A stretch of 64,000 nt of DNA from Candidatus Micrarchaeota archaeon (GCA_038046805.1 JBBSVO010000003.1:147120-211119); one strand, 5' to 3'. Shown: positions 1-9,470, counted from the stretch's first letter. The notes: generated by a model not told the origin, from the letters alone. Translations and numbers: made by a program.

Positions 1-1
1 A

Positions 2-829
2 ATGTGGCACGACCTTGCGGATACGAAAAGCGAGGGTGCTGGCGTTGATCATTTTACAAAAGGCGGAAGCCACGACACGCTTTCTGCAGTCTTCAAAGAA
101 ATGTTCAAAAAACCAGAACCGATTGGCTATAAATATGGATTTATTTTATTCCAGGGAAAGAAATATTCCAAATCAAAAGGAATAGGAATGGGCGTAGCAG
201 ATATTGTCAAGGTAGTCCCTCCAGAAGTAGTGAGATATATCCTTCTAAAGCCGGATTTACAGGAGAATATTGATATAGACCCGACAAGCGAGAACCTGCT
301 AAGGGCGATTGAGGATTTTCAGGGCGCGGCAGGGATTGCTACAAGTGGGAATGACCCCGAAACAATTCCGCGCGCAGAACAAAAAAGAATGCAGGCGTTT
401 GGATTAGCCAATAATGGGGAAAAAATTCACTGGAAAGCACCATTCCTTGATGTTTTACTTTATTATCAAATTTACGGAGACTGGGATGAAGTTGGAAAAC
501 TACTAGGAGATGCCGAAGGAGTAAAGTACCTCGCTCCGTATGTAAGCGAATGGATAGCACGTGAATTCATACCAGAAGATTACCGATTCAAATACCAGCC
601 AAAGAAAGCAGAAGGAAGCGTGCAGAGCTTATTTCAAAAGCTCGAAGCTGGGATGGACGCACTCGCAATTCACAATGCGGTTTTTGAGCATGCAAAGACA
701 AATGAAATCGAGCCTAAAGAACTGTTCAAACAAATTTATCTCGCACTAATTGGAAAGGAAAAAGGACCAAGGGTCGGGAAACTGGTTTACGCGCTTGACG
801 TGGAGAGAGTTAAAAAGGACGTTTTGTGA
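2..829 (+). CDS. lysS: Class I lysyl-tRNA synthetase, C-terminal part (5'-truncated by window)
   Basis: KYSKSKG (KMSKS-like) motif; C-terminal anticodon-binding signature FKQIYLALIGKEKGPRVG typical of LysRS1. Confidence 0.93.
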   Translation: MWHDLADTKSEGAGVDHFTKGGSHDTLSAVFKEMFKKPEPIGYKYGFILFQGKKYSKSKGIGMGVADIVKVVPPEVVRYILLKPDLQENIDIDPTSENLLRAIEDFQGAAGIATSGNDPETIPRAEQKRMQAFGLANNGEKIHWKAPFLDVLLYYQIYGDWDEVGKLLGDAEGVKYLAPYVSEWIAREFIPEDYRFKYQPKKAEGSVQSLFQKLEAGMDALAIHNAVFEHAKTNEIEPKELFKQIYLALIGKEKGPRVGKLVYALDVERVKKDVL

Positions 830-838
830 GTGTGTTGC

Positions 839-1441
839 ATGGCCGAGGTAATCCAACAGGATAATGAATTTGCATCCCATAAAACAAAGGACGCTATTAC
901 GAGCGGAAAAATTGTAATTTATCCGACAGATACTGTTTATGGAATTGGATGTGACGCGCTTAATGCAACGAGCGTTGAGCAGATTAAAAAAATAAAAGGC
1001 CGCGATGCGAACAAACCGATGTCAGTTATACTTGGAACGTTGGATTTGGTACGCGAGTACTGCGAAGTTTCGGACAAACAGGCAACGATTCTTGCAACAT
1101 ATCTTCCCGGACCGTTCACGTTCATTTTGCGGCTCAAAAAAGGAAAGGAAAAAACACTGGAACAAGTTTCCGGCTCCGGAGGGAGAATAGGAATCCGCGT
1201 TCCAGAACATCAGTTAATGAGAAGGATAAGTTCGGGATTGGGTGTGCCTGTTGTAACCACAAGCGCGAATCCAAGCGGTGAGAAGGAGGTTATTGAATTT
1301 GGAAAAATAAATAAAAAAATTGTTTCCGCATGCGATCTTGCGATTGATGGCGGAAAAACGAAATATGCTGCTCCTTCGACAGTAATTGATTTAACCGGGG
1401 ATGAAATGAAGGTTTTAAGAAAGGGCGCGGGAAAGATTTGA
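839..1441 (+). CDS. sua5: L-threonylcarbamoyladenylate synthase (Sua5/YrdC/TsaC family)
   Basis: YPTDTVYGIGC, KGRDANKP, PGPFT, GIRVP, TTSANPSG, PSTVID motifs; ATG at 839 preferred. Confidence 0.93.
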   Translation: MAEVIQQDNEFASHKTKDAITSGKIVIYPTDTVYGIGCDALNATSVEQIKKIKGRDANKPMSVILGTLDLVREYCEVSDKQATILATYLPGPFTFILRLKKGKEKTLEQVSGSGGRIGIRVPEHQLMRRISSGLGVPVVTTSANPSGEKEVIEFGKINKKIVSACDLAIDGGKTKYAAPSTVIDLTGDEMKVLRKGAGKI

Positions 1442-1446
1442 ATGGG

Positions 1447-2472
1447 TTATCCCCTCAATGGCGTCTTCCTCAACGCGCAGGCATATCCAACGTCTCGTAG
1501 GTAGGCGGAAATCACCTCTTCGCGTTCTGCATCGCTCATTTTCAGGAAATTCCCGTCCCCTTTCCCATTCATGTATGGACAACGGAACATCTTTCCGTCA
1601 TAATCAATAGTAACCGCTGCGCCTGCACCCATCATGCACTGCCCGCGTTCGTCTGCGGTACTGTGCTCAAGGTTCAATGTAGAATTTTCACGCGCAAGCA
1701 CCTTCAACTGATTGTATTTATCCGAGTTGGGATCAAGATGAAATTCCGTGTTGCAGATGAAGAATACGCCATTTGCCTCTGCGGCTTCTTTCAATGCACG
1801 CAATCTCATCCCGCCATCGGCAATATCTCTTTCGCTAACAACGTAATTCATTCCGATTCTGGTTGTTCCTTCTATCAACGACGGCGCACTTTCGCTCAAT
1901 GTACGATAAGTTTCAATTAATGTTCGCAAATTTCGTGCGATCTCCGCCTCGTTCTGGAATGAAAGCTCAGCTCCAGCGTATTCCCGACCATTGAAAAACC
2001 CCGCGTCTATGAACGGGTTTCCAAACAAGCTGATCATTACATTTGTTCCACACCCTGCAAGTGTTCTGCAGGTTTCGCTGTCAAGATTTTGGCCAGCGGT
2101 GAAAACATAGGAACGAATCCCAAGGCTTGCGGCAAATCGGATTTTGTCAAGTGTCATTGCTTTGAGTACTGGATGGAAAGGGTCGCCCCTCCCATTAATT
2201 GTTATTACGCATGTGCCGTGATTTTCCGCAAAATCGCGAATAATTTGTCTCACACTCTCCGGACTCATGCGCCTTCCGCCATGGAGTTCCTGGGTAACAC
2301 AGCCAAAGCAAGCCTGTCGCGCGGTTCCATCAGGCATCCGTACCAGCTCTTTTCTTTTCTCGCAGAGATTTGCATCAGGAAGATTCAGCACATGAACCAG
2401 TGGAAGCCGAGTGTTTGGAGGATTTCGTACCCGTTCCATAATAAATTTGTTTATTTCCAGCATCTTTGCCAT
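1447..2472 (-). CDS. Radical SAM protein with SPASM/twitch-like C-terminus and atypical CX17CX2C motif
   Basis: C-x17-CFGC, GRGDP (GGEP-like), C-terminal CMMGAGAAVTIDYDGKMFRCPY; GGTGAT RBS before ATG 2472. Confidence 0.7.
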   Translation of the reverse strand: MAKMLEINKFIMERVRNPPNTRLPLVHVLNLPDANLCEKRKELVRMPDGTARQACFGCVTQELHGGRRMSPESVRQIIRDFAENHGTCVITINGRGDPFHPVLKAMTLDKIRFAASLGIRSYVFTAGQNLDSETCRTLAGCGTNVMISLFGNPFIDAGFFNGREYAGAELSFQNEAEIARNLRTLIETYRTLSESAPSLIEGTTRIGMNYVVSERDIADGGMRLRALKEAAEANGVFFICNTEFHLDPNSDKYNQLKVLARENSTLNLEHSTADERGQCMMGAGAAVTIDYDGKMFRCPYMNGKGDGNFLKMSDAEREEVISAYLRDVGYACALRKTPLRG

Positions 2473-2525
2473 AAGGATCACCACCAATTGATAAATTACC
2501 ACAGTTGGAGTATATAAAATAAAAT

Positions 2526-2565
2526 ATCAAAAAATTATACAAAACCGATAGAATTATATAGAAAT
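2526..2565 (+). promoter_or_regulatory. Conserved promoter/operator upstream of tandem Lrp gene (copy 1)
   Basis: ATCAAAAAATTATACAAAACCGATAGAATTATATAGAAAT closely matches 59064-59103 upstream of the paralogous regulator; contains TTATA box. Confidence 0.55.
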
Positions 2566-2582
2566 ATAGGAATAGTAAACTA

Positions 2583-3596
2583 ATGAAAACCGGACTAGAC
2601 GTTAAGGATAGAAGGATACTCTATGAATTAGACCTAAATGCACGGGCTTCAAATGCAGAGATTGCCAAGCGCGCGGGGGTATCCAAACAGATTGCAGGGC
2701 TTCGGATAAAAAGGCTTATCGGAAACGGAACAATCAACAATTTCTTTGCGGTCATAGACAACGCCAAGCTCGGATATACCATACATAAAAACTTTGTCAG
2801 GCTGCAAAACATGGATAGCAACACCGAGCAGCGAATGCTAGACTTCCTGAAAAATCATCCTGCAATTGTGTGGATTGTAAGCTGCGATGGAAGATATGAT
2901 CTTGCATTCGGAACGCGCGCAACGAATATGGCTGAATTGGACCGCACGCTAAGCGAAATAGATGCACAATTTGGCAGCAATATTTCAGAACGTCAGATTG
3001 CAACCATTTTACATGGAGAATATTTTGACAGGGGGTATCTTCTGGAAAATCTGAAAAAGGAGATCAAAAACAAGGAAAGCACAACTGCAGCATTTGGCGC
3101 GATTCCAGAACCTGCACCTCTTGATGAAACAGATTGGAAGATACTTCTTGAGTTGGGAAAAAATGCACGCGCTACGCTGGTTGAAATCGCGAAAACAATC
3201 GGAATAAGCCCGGACACGATTGCGGTTCGGATAAAAAATATTGAAAAACAAGGAGTGATAAAACGATATAATTTTGTTCCGAGCGAATCGGTTTACCCAT
3301 ATCTTCATTACAAGGTTCTTGTCGGACTAAAAAACTCTGGAGAAGAGAGAGAACGCGCGCTTATAGGATTTTGCAAAACCCATCCAAATATCGTTTATAT
3401 AGTTAAGGCACTTGGCCCATGGGATTTCGAAATAGATATTGAAGTTGAAACCGCTGAGGAGTATAGAGGAATTATGATGGCGCTCAAAACAAGATTTGCA
3501 GATATGATAAAGGATTACTCATCGCTCAGCATTTATCAGGTTCATAAATACAATTTCTGCCCTGGAGTGCCGGCTAATCCTAGAAGGCGTGCCTGA
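2583..3596 (+). CDS. Tandem (duplicated) Lrp/AsnC-family transcriptional regulator
   Basis: Two HTH+RAM units: LDVKDRRILYELDLNARAS... and LDETDWKILLELGKNARAT... Confidence 0.88.
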   Translation: MKTGLDVKDRRILYELDLNARASNAEIAKRAGVSKQIAGLRIKRLIGNGTINNFFAVIDNAKLGYTIHKNFVRLQNMDSNTEQRMLDFLKNHPAIVWIVSCDGRYDLAFGTRATNMAELDRTLSEIDAQFGSNISERQIATILHGEYFDRGYLLENLKKEIKNKESTTAAFGAIPEPAPLDETDWKILLELGKNARATLVEIAKTIGISPDTIAVRIKNIEKQGVIKRYNFVPSESVYPYLHYKVLVGLKNSGEERERALIGFCKTHPNIVYIVKALGPWDFEIDIEVETAEEYRGIMMALKTRFADMIKDYSSLSIYQVHKYNFCPGVPANPRRRA

Positions 3597-3602
3597 GAAC
3601 AG

Positions 3603-3730
3603 TCGGTAACATAATCGCCAATATTTGCTGTTTATCGCTATTATGATAGCTACAATTTGATAAACTTCGCGATTACAATAGCAACATTTAGAGAATATCC
3701 GCTAATACGATGGCGACATAGACGTAAAAT
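3603..3730. repeat. Four degenerate repeats with exact 32-bp period
   Basis: Units start at 3603, 3635, 3667, 3699; approximate consensus TCGCTANTAYRATNGCNAMATTT. Confidence 0.55.
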
Positions 3731-3878
3731 TCAATACCTGCATGAGCGTTTCTTCTCTTAATCTGAAGAAAAACCACACAGCAACCTTTAAAATCCTTAG
3801 ATTACAGTAATCCACATTGATAATGTGGATAACAGTATGGCAAACGTCGTTTGCCATATATGGAAATGTGGCGATAAC

Positions 3879-4169
3879 ATGGTTGAACTGAAACGCACCA
3901 TAAGGTGTTCCAACTGCAATAGTGAAGCTAACTTCTTTCTATCGTCGGATATGGGCATGAGCGAACTGCAGATTCAGGGAAGATGCCCAAAATGCGGCAA
4001 TTCAATGCAGGTTACGTTTAGTATAGTGGAATCAGGAACAGGCAGTTCACCTGGACATCAGTCCTCATCCGATAGCGCATTTCAGGAATCAGGGCTTGCT
4101 GGGATAGATGAAACGATGTTCACACCAGATATAACCAGCGATGCAATAAAAGATTTGATTGATGGATAA
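3879..4169 (+). CDS. Small zinc-ribbon protein with acidic tail
   Basis: CSNC...CPKC pair; ATG 3879. Confidence 0.7.
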   Translation: MVELKRTIRCSNCNSEANFFLSSDMGMSELQIQGRCPKCGNSMQVTFSIVESGTGSSPGHQSSSDSAFQESGLAGIDETMFTPDITSDAIKDLIDG

Positions 4170-4194
4170 AGAATAAAGATGCAAACGTGCGGTT

Positions 4195-4998
4195 TTACAA
4201 TAATTCCGGCAACTCGCGAACCGAACCAATAACCAAATCAGGTTTCTCATTCTTTTTTAATTTATCAACGTCCTCTTTTTTCGCAATTCCGCTCAGAACA
4301 AGAACCGAACGGACTCCCGCCTTTTTTGCAACCGCGATGTCACTGTCAAGCCTGTCTCCGACCAGGATTACCTCATCTTTCCCTACTCCCAGCTCATCAA
4401 GAATCATTTCCAGCATATAGGTATTCGGCTTTCCGATTATTATTTTTGGTGGAGTTCCACTTGCGAATGAAAGAAACTCCACAAGAGCACCTGCACCGGG
4501 AAGCAATCCATCTTCAACGGGAAAGGTCGCATCGGTGTTTGTTGCAATGAAATCCGCTCCGCGAATTATCGCGCGGAACGCATTTGACATTTTTTCATAG
4601 GTCATTTTGGAATCAAGACCGACAACGACAATGTCTGCCTTATTCGTATCAACAACCGAAATACCAGCCTTAGCCAGCTCTTCGCCAACCCCATCTCCAC
4701 CAATGTAAAATACGTTCCATTTTGATTTCGGATAGTTTTCAGAGATATGTTTTGCGGTTGCGTAGGATGTAGTAAAAAATTCGATTTCTTTCGAGTCTAT
4801 CCCCAGTGATGCCAGCTTCTCAACCCTTCCTTTTCTCGAGCGCGTGCATGCGTTCGTTAAATATGCGATTTTTATTCCGCGTTTCTTTAGCTCTGCAATC
4901 GCCTTGTCCGCGCCTGCAATGAGCGTTCTGCCGCGATAGATAACTCCGTCCATGTCGAGGATGACGGCTTTGATGCCTTTGAAATGACTTGAAGCCAT
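4195..4998 (-). CDS. HAD-IIA hydrolase (NagD-like phosphatase)
   Basis: DMDGV motif I, LTN, ATNTD, GKP, GDRLDSDI. Confidence 0.92.
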   Translation of the reverse strand: MASSHFKGIKAVILDMDGVIYRGRTLIAGADKAIAELKKRGIKIAYLTNACTRSRKGRVEKLASLGIDSKEIEFFTTSYATAKHISENYPKSKWNVFYIGGDGVGEELAKAGISVVDTNKADIVVVGLDSKMTYEKMSNAFRAIIRGADFIATNTDATFPVEDGLLPGAGALVEFLSFASGTPPKIIIGKPNTYMLEMILDELGVGKDEVILVGDRLDSDIAVAKKAGVRSVLVLSGIAKKEDVDKLKKNEKPDLVIGSVRELPELL

Positions 4999-5030
4999 GT
5001 TTAAAATCATGAGCAGATAAAATATAAAAT

Positions 5031-5690
5031 ATGACAGTTCACGTTGCAGTTCTCTTTTCCGGAGGAAAGGATTCCTGCTATGCCGCAGGCTGGGCACTGG
5101 CGCAGGGCTACGATATAGTATTGGTTACAATGAATCCCGAGCCTTATTCAATGATGTTTCACCATCCGAATGTTCAATGGACGAAATTGCAAGCAGAGGC
5201 GATGGGAATCAAACAGGTAATGGTCACAACCAAGCATGATACCGAATTGAACGACCTTGAGGAAACGCTTCGCAAACTAAAAATCGGTGCGATTGCCACT
5301 GGTGCTGTTGCAAGCGTTTACCAGAAAGACCGGATCGAAGCGATTGGCAAAAGACTCGGCGTTCCGGTTCATTCCCCATTATGGCATTCTGATGAGAAAA
5401 AGCTGCACGAGCTTCTTGACACGATGGAGATTTACGTTGTTGCAGTGGCAGCAGAAGGATTGGGAAGGGAATTTCTTGGGAAACCGTTGCGCAAGCTTGT
5501 TGATGCCAAAGTAAAGAATATCCATCCATTCCTTGAAGGCGGGGAGGGGGAAACGTTTGTAACGAACGCACCATTCTTCAAAAAGCGGATTGAGATTAAA
5601 GGATGGAAGATAAGCTGGGATGGGGTAAGGGGCGTGGCGGAGATTGAGGATGCGGGATTGGTTGAGAAGGAAAAGAAAAAAACAAAATAA
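5031..5690 (+). CDS. dph6: Diphthine-ammonia ligase (PP-loop ATPase)
   Basis: LFSGGKDS, SMMFH, PLW, EGGEGETFV motifs. Confidence 0.9.
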   Translation: MTVHVAVLFSGGKDSCYAAGWALAQGYDIVLVTMNPEPYSMMFHHPNVQWTKLQAEAMGIKQVMVTTKHDTELNDLEETLRKLKIGAIATGAVASVYQKDRIEAIGKRLGVPVHSPLWHSDEKKLHELLDTMEIYVVAVAAEGLGREFLGKPLRKLVDAKVKNIHPFLEGGEGETFVTNAPFFKKRIEIKGWKISWDGVRGVAEIEDAGLVEKEKKKTK

Positions 5691-5702
5691 GTTTTATTTG
5701 GC

Positions 5703-6122
5703 TTAGTCACATGGCGCCAGTGGTTTTCCACCGCTAACGGTTACGGATGGCGCAGATTCCGAAGTACCACTAAACGCAACGGCCTGACCTCCATTCAATG
5801 TTTTTGGACCAAACTCAACAGCTATTAGTGTCCCATTCTCTAGTATAGTTTCTCCTTTAGATACGTCCATTGTTTTGCCATCTTTTGTCCGAAATCGTAC
5901 CCCACTATTTGTTCTACAAAGGCCTTCTGCCATTACGTTGTTTAATACTCCTGTAATTCTCTCGCGCTCTACATCTGCCTCAATGGCCTTCTTATTGCCC
6001 CAACTTGCCAATCCCGCAATACCAGCAAACAGTACGGCTGCGGCGCCAAGCTTCGCCAAAGTATTTGCATTTCTCCTTACCCATCCTTTCTGTTGTCCTT
6101 CCATAACTTGTGCCTGAACCAT
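5703..6122 (-). CDS. Hypothetical protein with N-terminal TM/signal segment
   Basis: GAGGTG RBS; hydrophobic LGAAAVLFAGIAGLA. Confidence 0.6.
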   Translation of the reverse strand: MVQAQVMEGQQKGWVRRNANTLAKLGAAAVLFAGIAGLASWGNKKAIEADVERERITGVLNNVMAEGLCRTNSGVRFRTKDGKTMDVSKGETILENGTLIAVEFGPKTLNGGQAVAFSGTSESAPSVTVSGGKPLAPCD

Positions 6123-6135
6123 TTACCCACCTCAT

Positions 6136-6162
6136 TTGTTTAAGTTGTTTAAGTTGTTTAAG
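6136..6162. repeat. Tandem repeat (TTGTTTAAG)x3 in promoter region
   Basis: Three exact 9-bp units upstream of 5703..6122. Confidence 0.8.
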
Positions 6163-6238
6163 CAGTATATATAACAGAATCTTTAACAATGTTTGCGGAA
6201 GTTGTAAAATGGTGTTCTGCGACCGATAGGAAGTGCCT

Positions 6239-6646
6239 CTAAAGCATTTCCATCAAATCCGCGGTTTTCCAGATTTTGATTTTTTTCTGCTTCGTGAAAT
6301 GCTCGTCATCGCTCCAGATGTCGGCACCTGTTACCAATGCTGCTGCAACGAAAGGCACATCTCCAACATCAACTTCGAGGATTAATTTCTTGGCATCATC
6401 CCAATGCTCAAAAAGGGCGTCGTTTTCTACAAGAACGCATCTTCGCATTAACTGCTCGAGAAGAAGATTGAATGATGCTTCGTTCATCCCGGATTTAACA
6501 AGCAACTCTTTCTTGTATTTCTCCAGCTCTTGATAATTGGTCTGAATAATGAAAAACTCAGCGTTCAAATGCAGAAAAAGCCTTCGCGTCACTGAGTCTT
6601 TTATTAAGGCTGCAAAGACGATATTGCTATCAACAACCAGTTGCAT
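6239..6646 (-). CDS. PIN-domain (VapC-like) toxin
   Basis: VVDSNIV N-terminus, D-x-G-D..F..AA, IWSDDEHF. Confidence 0.88.
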   Translation of the reverse strand: MQLVVDSNIVFAALIKDSVTRRLFLHLNAEFFIIQTNYQELEKYKKELLVKSGMNEASFNLLLEQLMRRCVLVENDALFEHWDDAKKLILEVDVGDVPFVAAALVTGADIWSDDEHFTKQKKIKIWKTADLMEML

Positions 6647-6647
6647 A

Positions 6648-6893
6648 TCACACCTTCTTTCTTTTTGCCGCCTCTTTTTCGAGTCTCTCGAACATCGCAT
6701 GCTTTATCTTATGCCCTATCCTGTTAACGTCCTCTTCCGTCAGCTCGCTCTTTTCAATCAACTTATCCATCCAGTGCAGTTCACTCACCTTCATCTCAAA
6801 AGCCTTTCTTGCGACTTCACTCCACTTTATTTCAGAGTGGAACTGCATCTCCTTGTAAAGCTCTTCCGGGATAGCCAACGTCATATTAACCAT
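6648..6893 (-). CDS. Antitoxin, ribbon-helix-helix type
   Basis: MVNMTLAIPEELYKEM...IKWSEVARKA; directly upstream of PIN gene. Confidence 0.82.
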   Translation of the reverse strand: MVNMTLAIPEELYKEMQFHSEIKWSEVARKAFEMKVSELHWMDKLIEKSELTEEDVNRIGHKIKHAMFERLEKEAAKRKKV

Positions 6894-6960
6894 AAGCTCA
6901 CCTATGTGTAGTATGTGTATGCAAATATTTAAAAATAGTTGGGAGCGAGAAAGTTACCAA

Positions 6961-7107
6961 TCAACCTTCTCTGAATCTCTTTGCAATATTTTTCCTGACC
7001 TGTTTCCCTAATCTTAATGCATCTTCTTCGGTCATTTCACTTTTTTCCATGAACTTGTTTAGTATTCGTAAGTCATTTATTTCGTTATCTGACTTTCGTT
7101 TCGCCAT
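6961..7107 (-). CDS. 48-aa orphan paralog of the antitoxin C-terminal half (not in ORF track)
   Basis: MAKRKSDNEINDLRILNKFMEKSEMTEEDALRLGKQVRKNIAKRFREG; KSEMTEEDALRLG matches KSELTEEDVNRIG of 6648..6893. Confidence 0.7.
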   Translation of the reverse strand: MAKRKSDNEINDLRILNKFMEKSEMTEEDALRLGKQVRKNIAKRFREG

Positions 7108-7111
7108 CTTC

Positions 7112-8110
7112 TCACAACACCAAATCAAATTCCTTTCCGTCTTTTGTTAATCGCACGCCTTTTCCATCAGCAGCCTTTCCGATGACATGCGCGCCTACTC
7201 CGTGTTTTCTCGCGATTCCGCGGATTTGGTTCTCAGCAGCACGCGGAACAACAAGAACCATTCCAATTCCCATGTTAAACGTACGGTAAAGTTCGCGGAT
7301 ATCTTTCACCCCACGCGCAAGCTCTTCAAAAATAGGCTTTGGCTTTGGCATTCCGCCTGCATCGAATTCAAATCCAACAGTCTTGCTTAACCGGGTTATT
7401 TTTGAAAATGCGCCTCCAGTAATATGGGCTATCCCATGAATTTCCGCACCACTGTCAATCATTTCAAGCACAGGCTTACAATAGATACGTGTAGGCTCAA
7501 GCATTTCTTTTCCCCATTTCTCTAGGTCCAGAAGCTTCCGCGCCAGGGTATAGCCGCTTGAATGGATACCTGAACTTTCAAGACCAATAAGAATATCTCC
7601 GTCTGTGATGTCCTTGCCAGTGATCGTCTTCTTTCTTATCCTTCCAACCGCGGTAAATGCCAGGTCAAATGGCCTATTTCCACCTTTTATTACATCTGGC
7701 ATTATGGCAGTTTCACCACCAATAATCGCGCAGCTCGCTTCTCTCGCACCTTCAACAAGCCCCTTCATTAATTCATCCACAAGCTCATCATCTTCGCTTG
7801 TAAGCGCAATATAATCAACACCAACCATTGTCTCTGCACCGAGGCAAAGGATATCATTCGCGCTCATTGCAACCGCGTCAATGCCAACTGTGTCAAACTT
7901 CCCGATATCCTGCGCAACAAGGACTTTTGTACCCACGCCATCTGTGTGAATAACAAGCTGTTCGCTGCCACACTGAAAAACTCCGCCATAGTGGCCAAGA
8001 ATCGGAAGCGGACCACCATATCCCTTGCGAAAGTCGAACGTTTCCGCAATCCTGTTCCAAAGCTTTCCCTGGATCTTCTTCACGTGAGAAACATCAATCT
8101 GGTATCGCAT
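7112..8110 (-). CDS. purM: Phosphoribosylformylglycinamidine cyclo-ligase (AIR synthetase)
   Basis: TDGVGTK, IGGETA, SSGIHS, AHITGG, TFNMGIG. Confidence 0.96.
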   Translation of the reverse strand: MRYQIDVSHVKKIQGKLWNRIAETFDFRKGYGGPLPILGHYGGVFQCGSEQLVIHTDGVGTKVLVAQDIGKFDTVGIDAVAMSANDILCLGAETMVGVDYIALTSEDDELVDELMKGLVEGAREASCAIIGGETAIMPDVIKGGNRPFDLAFTAVGRIRKKTITGKDITDGDILIGLESSGIHSSGYTLARKLLDLEKWGKEMLEPTRIYCKPVLEMIDSGAEIHGIAHITGGAFSKITRLSKTVGFEFDAGGMPKPKPIFEELARGVKDIRELYRTFNMGIGMVLVVPRAAENQIRGIARKHGVGAHVIGKAADGKGVRLTKDGKEFDLVL

Positions 8111-8199
8111 AATTAAACTAAAACGAGAAGGAAATAAAAATAGATGTGTAATCTTAAGGTAATAGTAGATGTTTAAATTTGTTTTTATTCAAATTAAGA

Positions 8200-9339
8200 A
8201 TGATGTCTGATTTAGAATATGTAGACCCCGAAGGGTTGCGCCTTATTGTATTATACCATCCAAACGACGACTTTAGAAGAACCGTAGAACTTGAACTCCT
8301 GAGAAGATATGTAGAGAAAGGAGACCTCGAACTATTAGCTCTATTAGTAAATGAACCTCTAACAACTACAGATGGCTTGACAGATGGATTGATAAGAATA
8401 TTATCTGAGACTCCAGTTGAAGAATTCCGATCACAACCCGGATTCTTGACCGGTCTTCTTGAAGACAATAGATTACTCAACAGAGCAAGGGATTTGATAA
8501 AAACTATCCTGAATAGAATATCGGAACAACTAGATACAGGAATAGAAAATAAATCCGAATCAACACTCTTCGAAATAGCGGTTGATGGAACAAAACCCGA
8601 ATCTCTAAGAATAGCTGCCGGAGTGTCAATAGTTAAGAAAAAATCCGGAGCAAAGAAAACTGATGATCTTCTCAGAATGTCGAAAAACCTCGGGCTACAC
8701 CCACAAGTGCGACAGGATGCAGAAGAGGAATTAATTAAACTAAAAACAGAAGAAATCAGAGGTTATGTGGAAAAAGGAGATTACCATTCGGTTATCCGCA
8801 TGTATCAGGATAAAGGTATGCCCCCAGTCGTAACCGAGGAAGCATATTCGCACATAAAAACAGCAGTTGACCGAAAAGTAGATGGATTGGTAAAGAACGG
8901 AGAGTATTCAAAGATACTGGATATGAAATTAGATGGAGAACTGATTGAAATGGGAATACAGATTAGTGAAGACAGTGTAAAAGACGCGACACTGGTAGCT
9001 GTAGGGTTTGCAGAAGCAAACGGCAGATATTACACAGTTATTGATATTTCAAAAGATGAACGACTGGGCCCGGAATTAAGAGTAGTTGTAAAAGGAAAAA
9101 TTCCGGCCGCGGCACGACGTGCTCTGGAAAGCAAATCCATCAACCATGATCTTGAAAATAAAATGAGGATGGTTGGGCGAGAAGAGATTCCACCAGAAAT
9201 TCGAGAACAAACAAGAATAGTCCTTGTCAGAAAGGCACAGGAGTATGCGACAGAATGGATGAAAATTAAACCTAGCCCTCGTAGAGATTTAGAGGCATAT
9301 CTTCAAAATGCAAGAAGATGTGCGAAATTAGCAACATAA
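8200..9339 (+). CDS. Hypothetical alpha-helical protein
   Basis: Long ORF, charged helical composition, no recognised motif. Confidence 0.6.
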   Translation: MMSDLEYVDPEGLRLIVLYHPNDDFRRTVELELLRRYVEKGDLELLALLVNEPLTTTDGLTDGLIRILSETPVEEFRSQPGFLTGLLEDNRLLNRARDLIKTILNRISEQLDTGIENKSESTLFEIAVDGTKPESLRIAAGVSIVKKKSGAKKTDDLLRMSKNLGLHPQVRQDAEEELIKLKTEEIRGYVEKGDYHSVIRMYQDKGMPPVVTEEAYSHIKTAVDRKVDGLVKNGEYSKILDMKLDGELIEMGIQISEDSVKDATLVAVGFAEANGRYYTVIDISKDERLGPELRVVVKGKIPAAARRALESKSINHDLENKMRMVGREEIPPEIREQTRIVLVRKAQEYATEWMKIKPSPRRDLEAYLQNARRCAKLAT

Positions 9340-9349
9340 ATTTTCATTG

Positions 9350-9466
9350 TGTCAAAAACCACTGGTTAGAGACCAGTGGCTTGTTTTTGACAGGCAGAGA
9401 TTCCACGACTGGGCCAGGTAATGATTATGTGACCATTAGTCACAGACTAGTGGAATCTCTGGATTT
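9350..9466. repeat. Dispersed palindromic repeat family B, full copy
   Basis: Hairpins TGTCAAAAAC..GTTTTTGACA and CAGAGATTCCAC..GTGGAATCTCTG; homologous to 50698-50928 and 33899-33941. Confidence 0.8.
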
Positions 9467-9470
9467 AGAA

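Noticed and set aside
3603..3730. Possible CRISPR array
   Set aside because: Units are contiguous and degenerate with no unique spacers; no cas genes in the window
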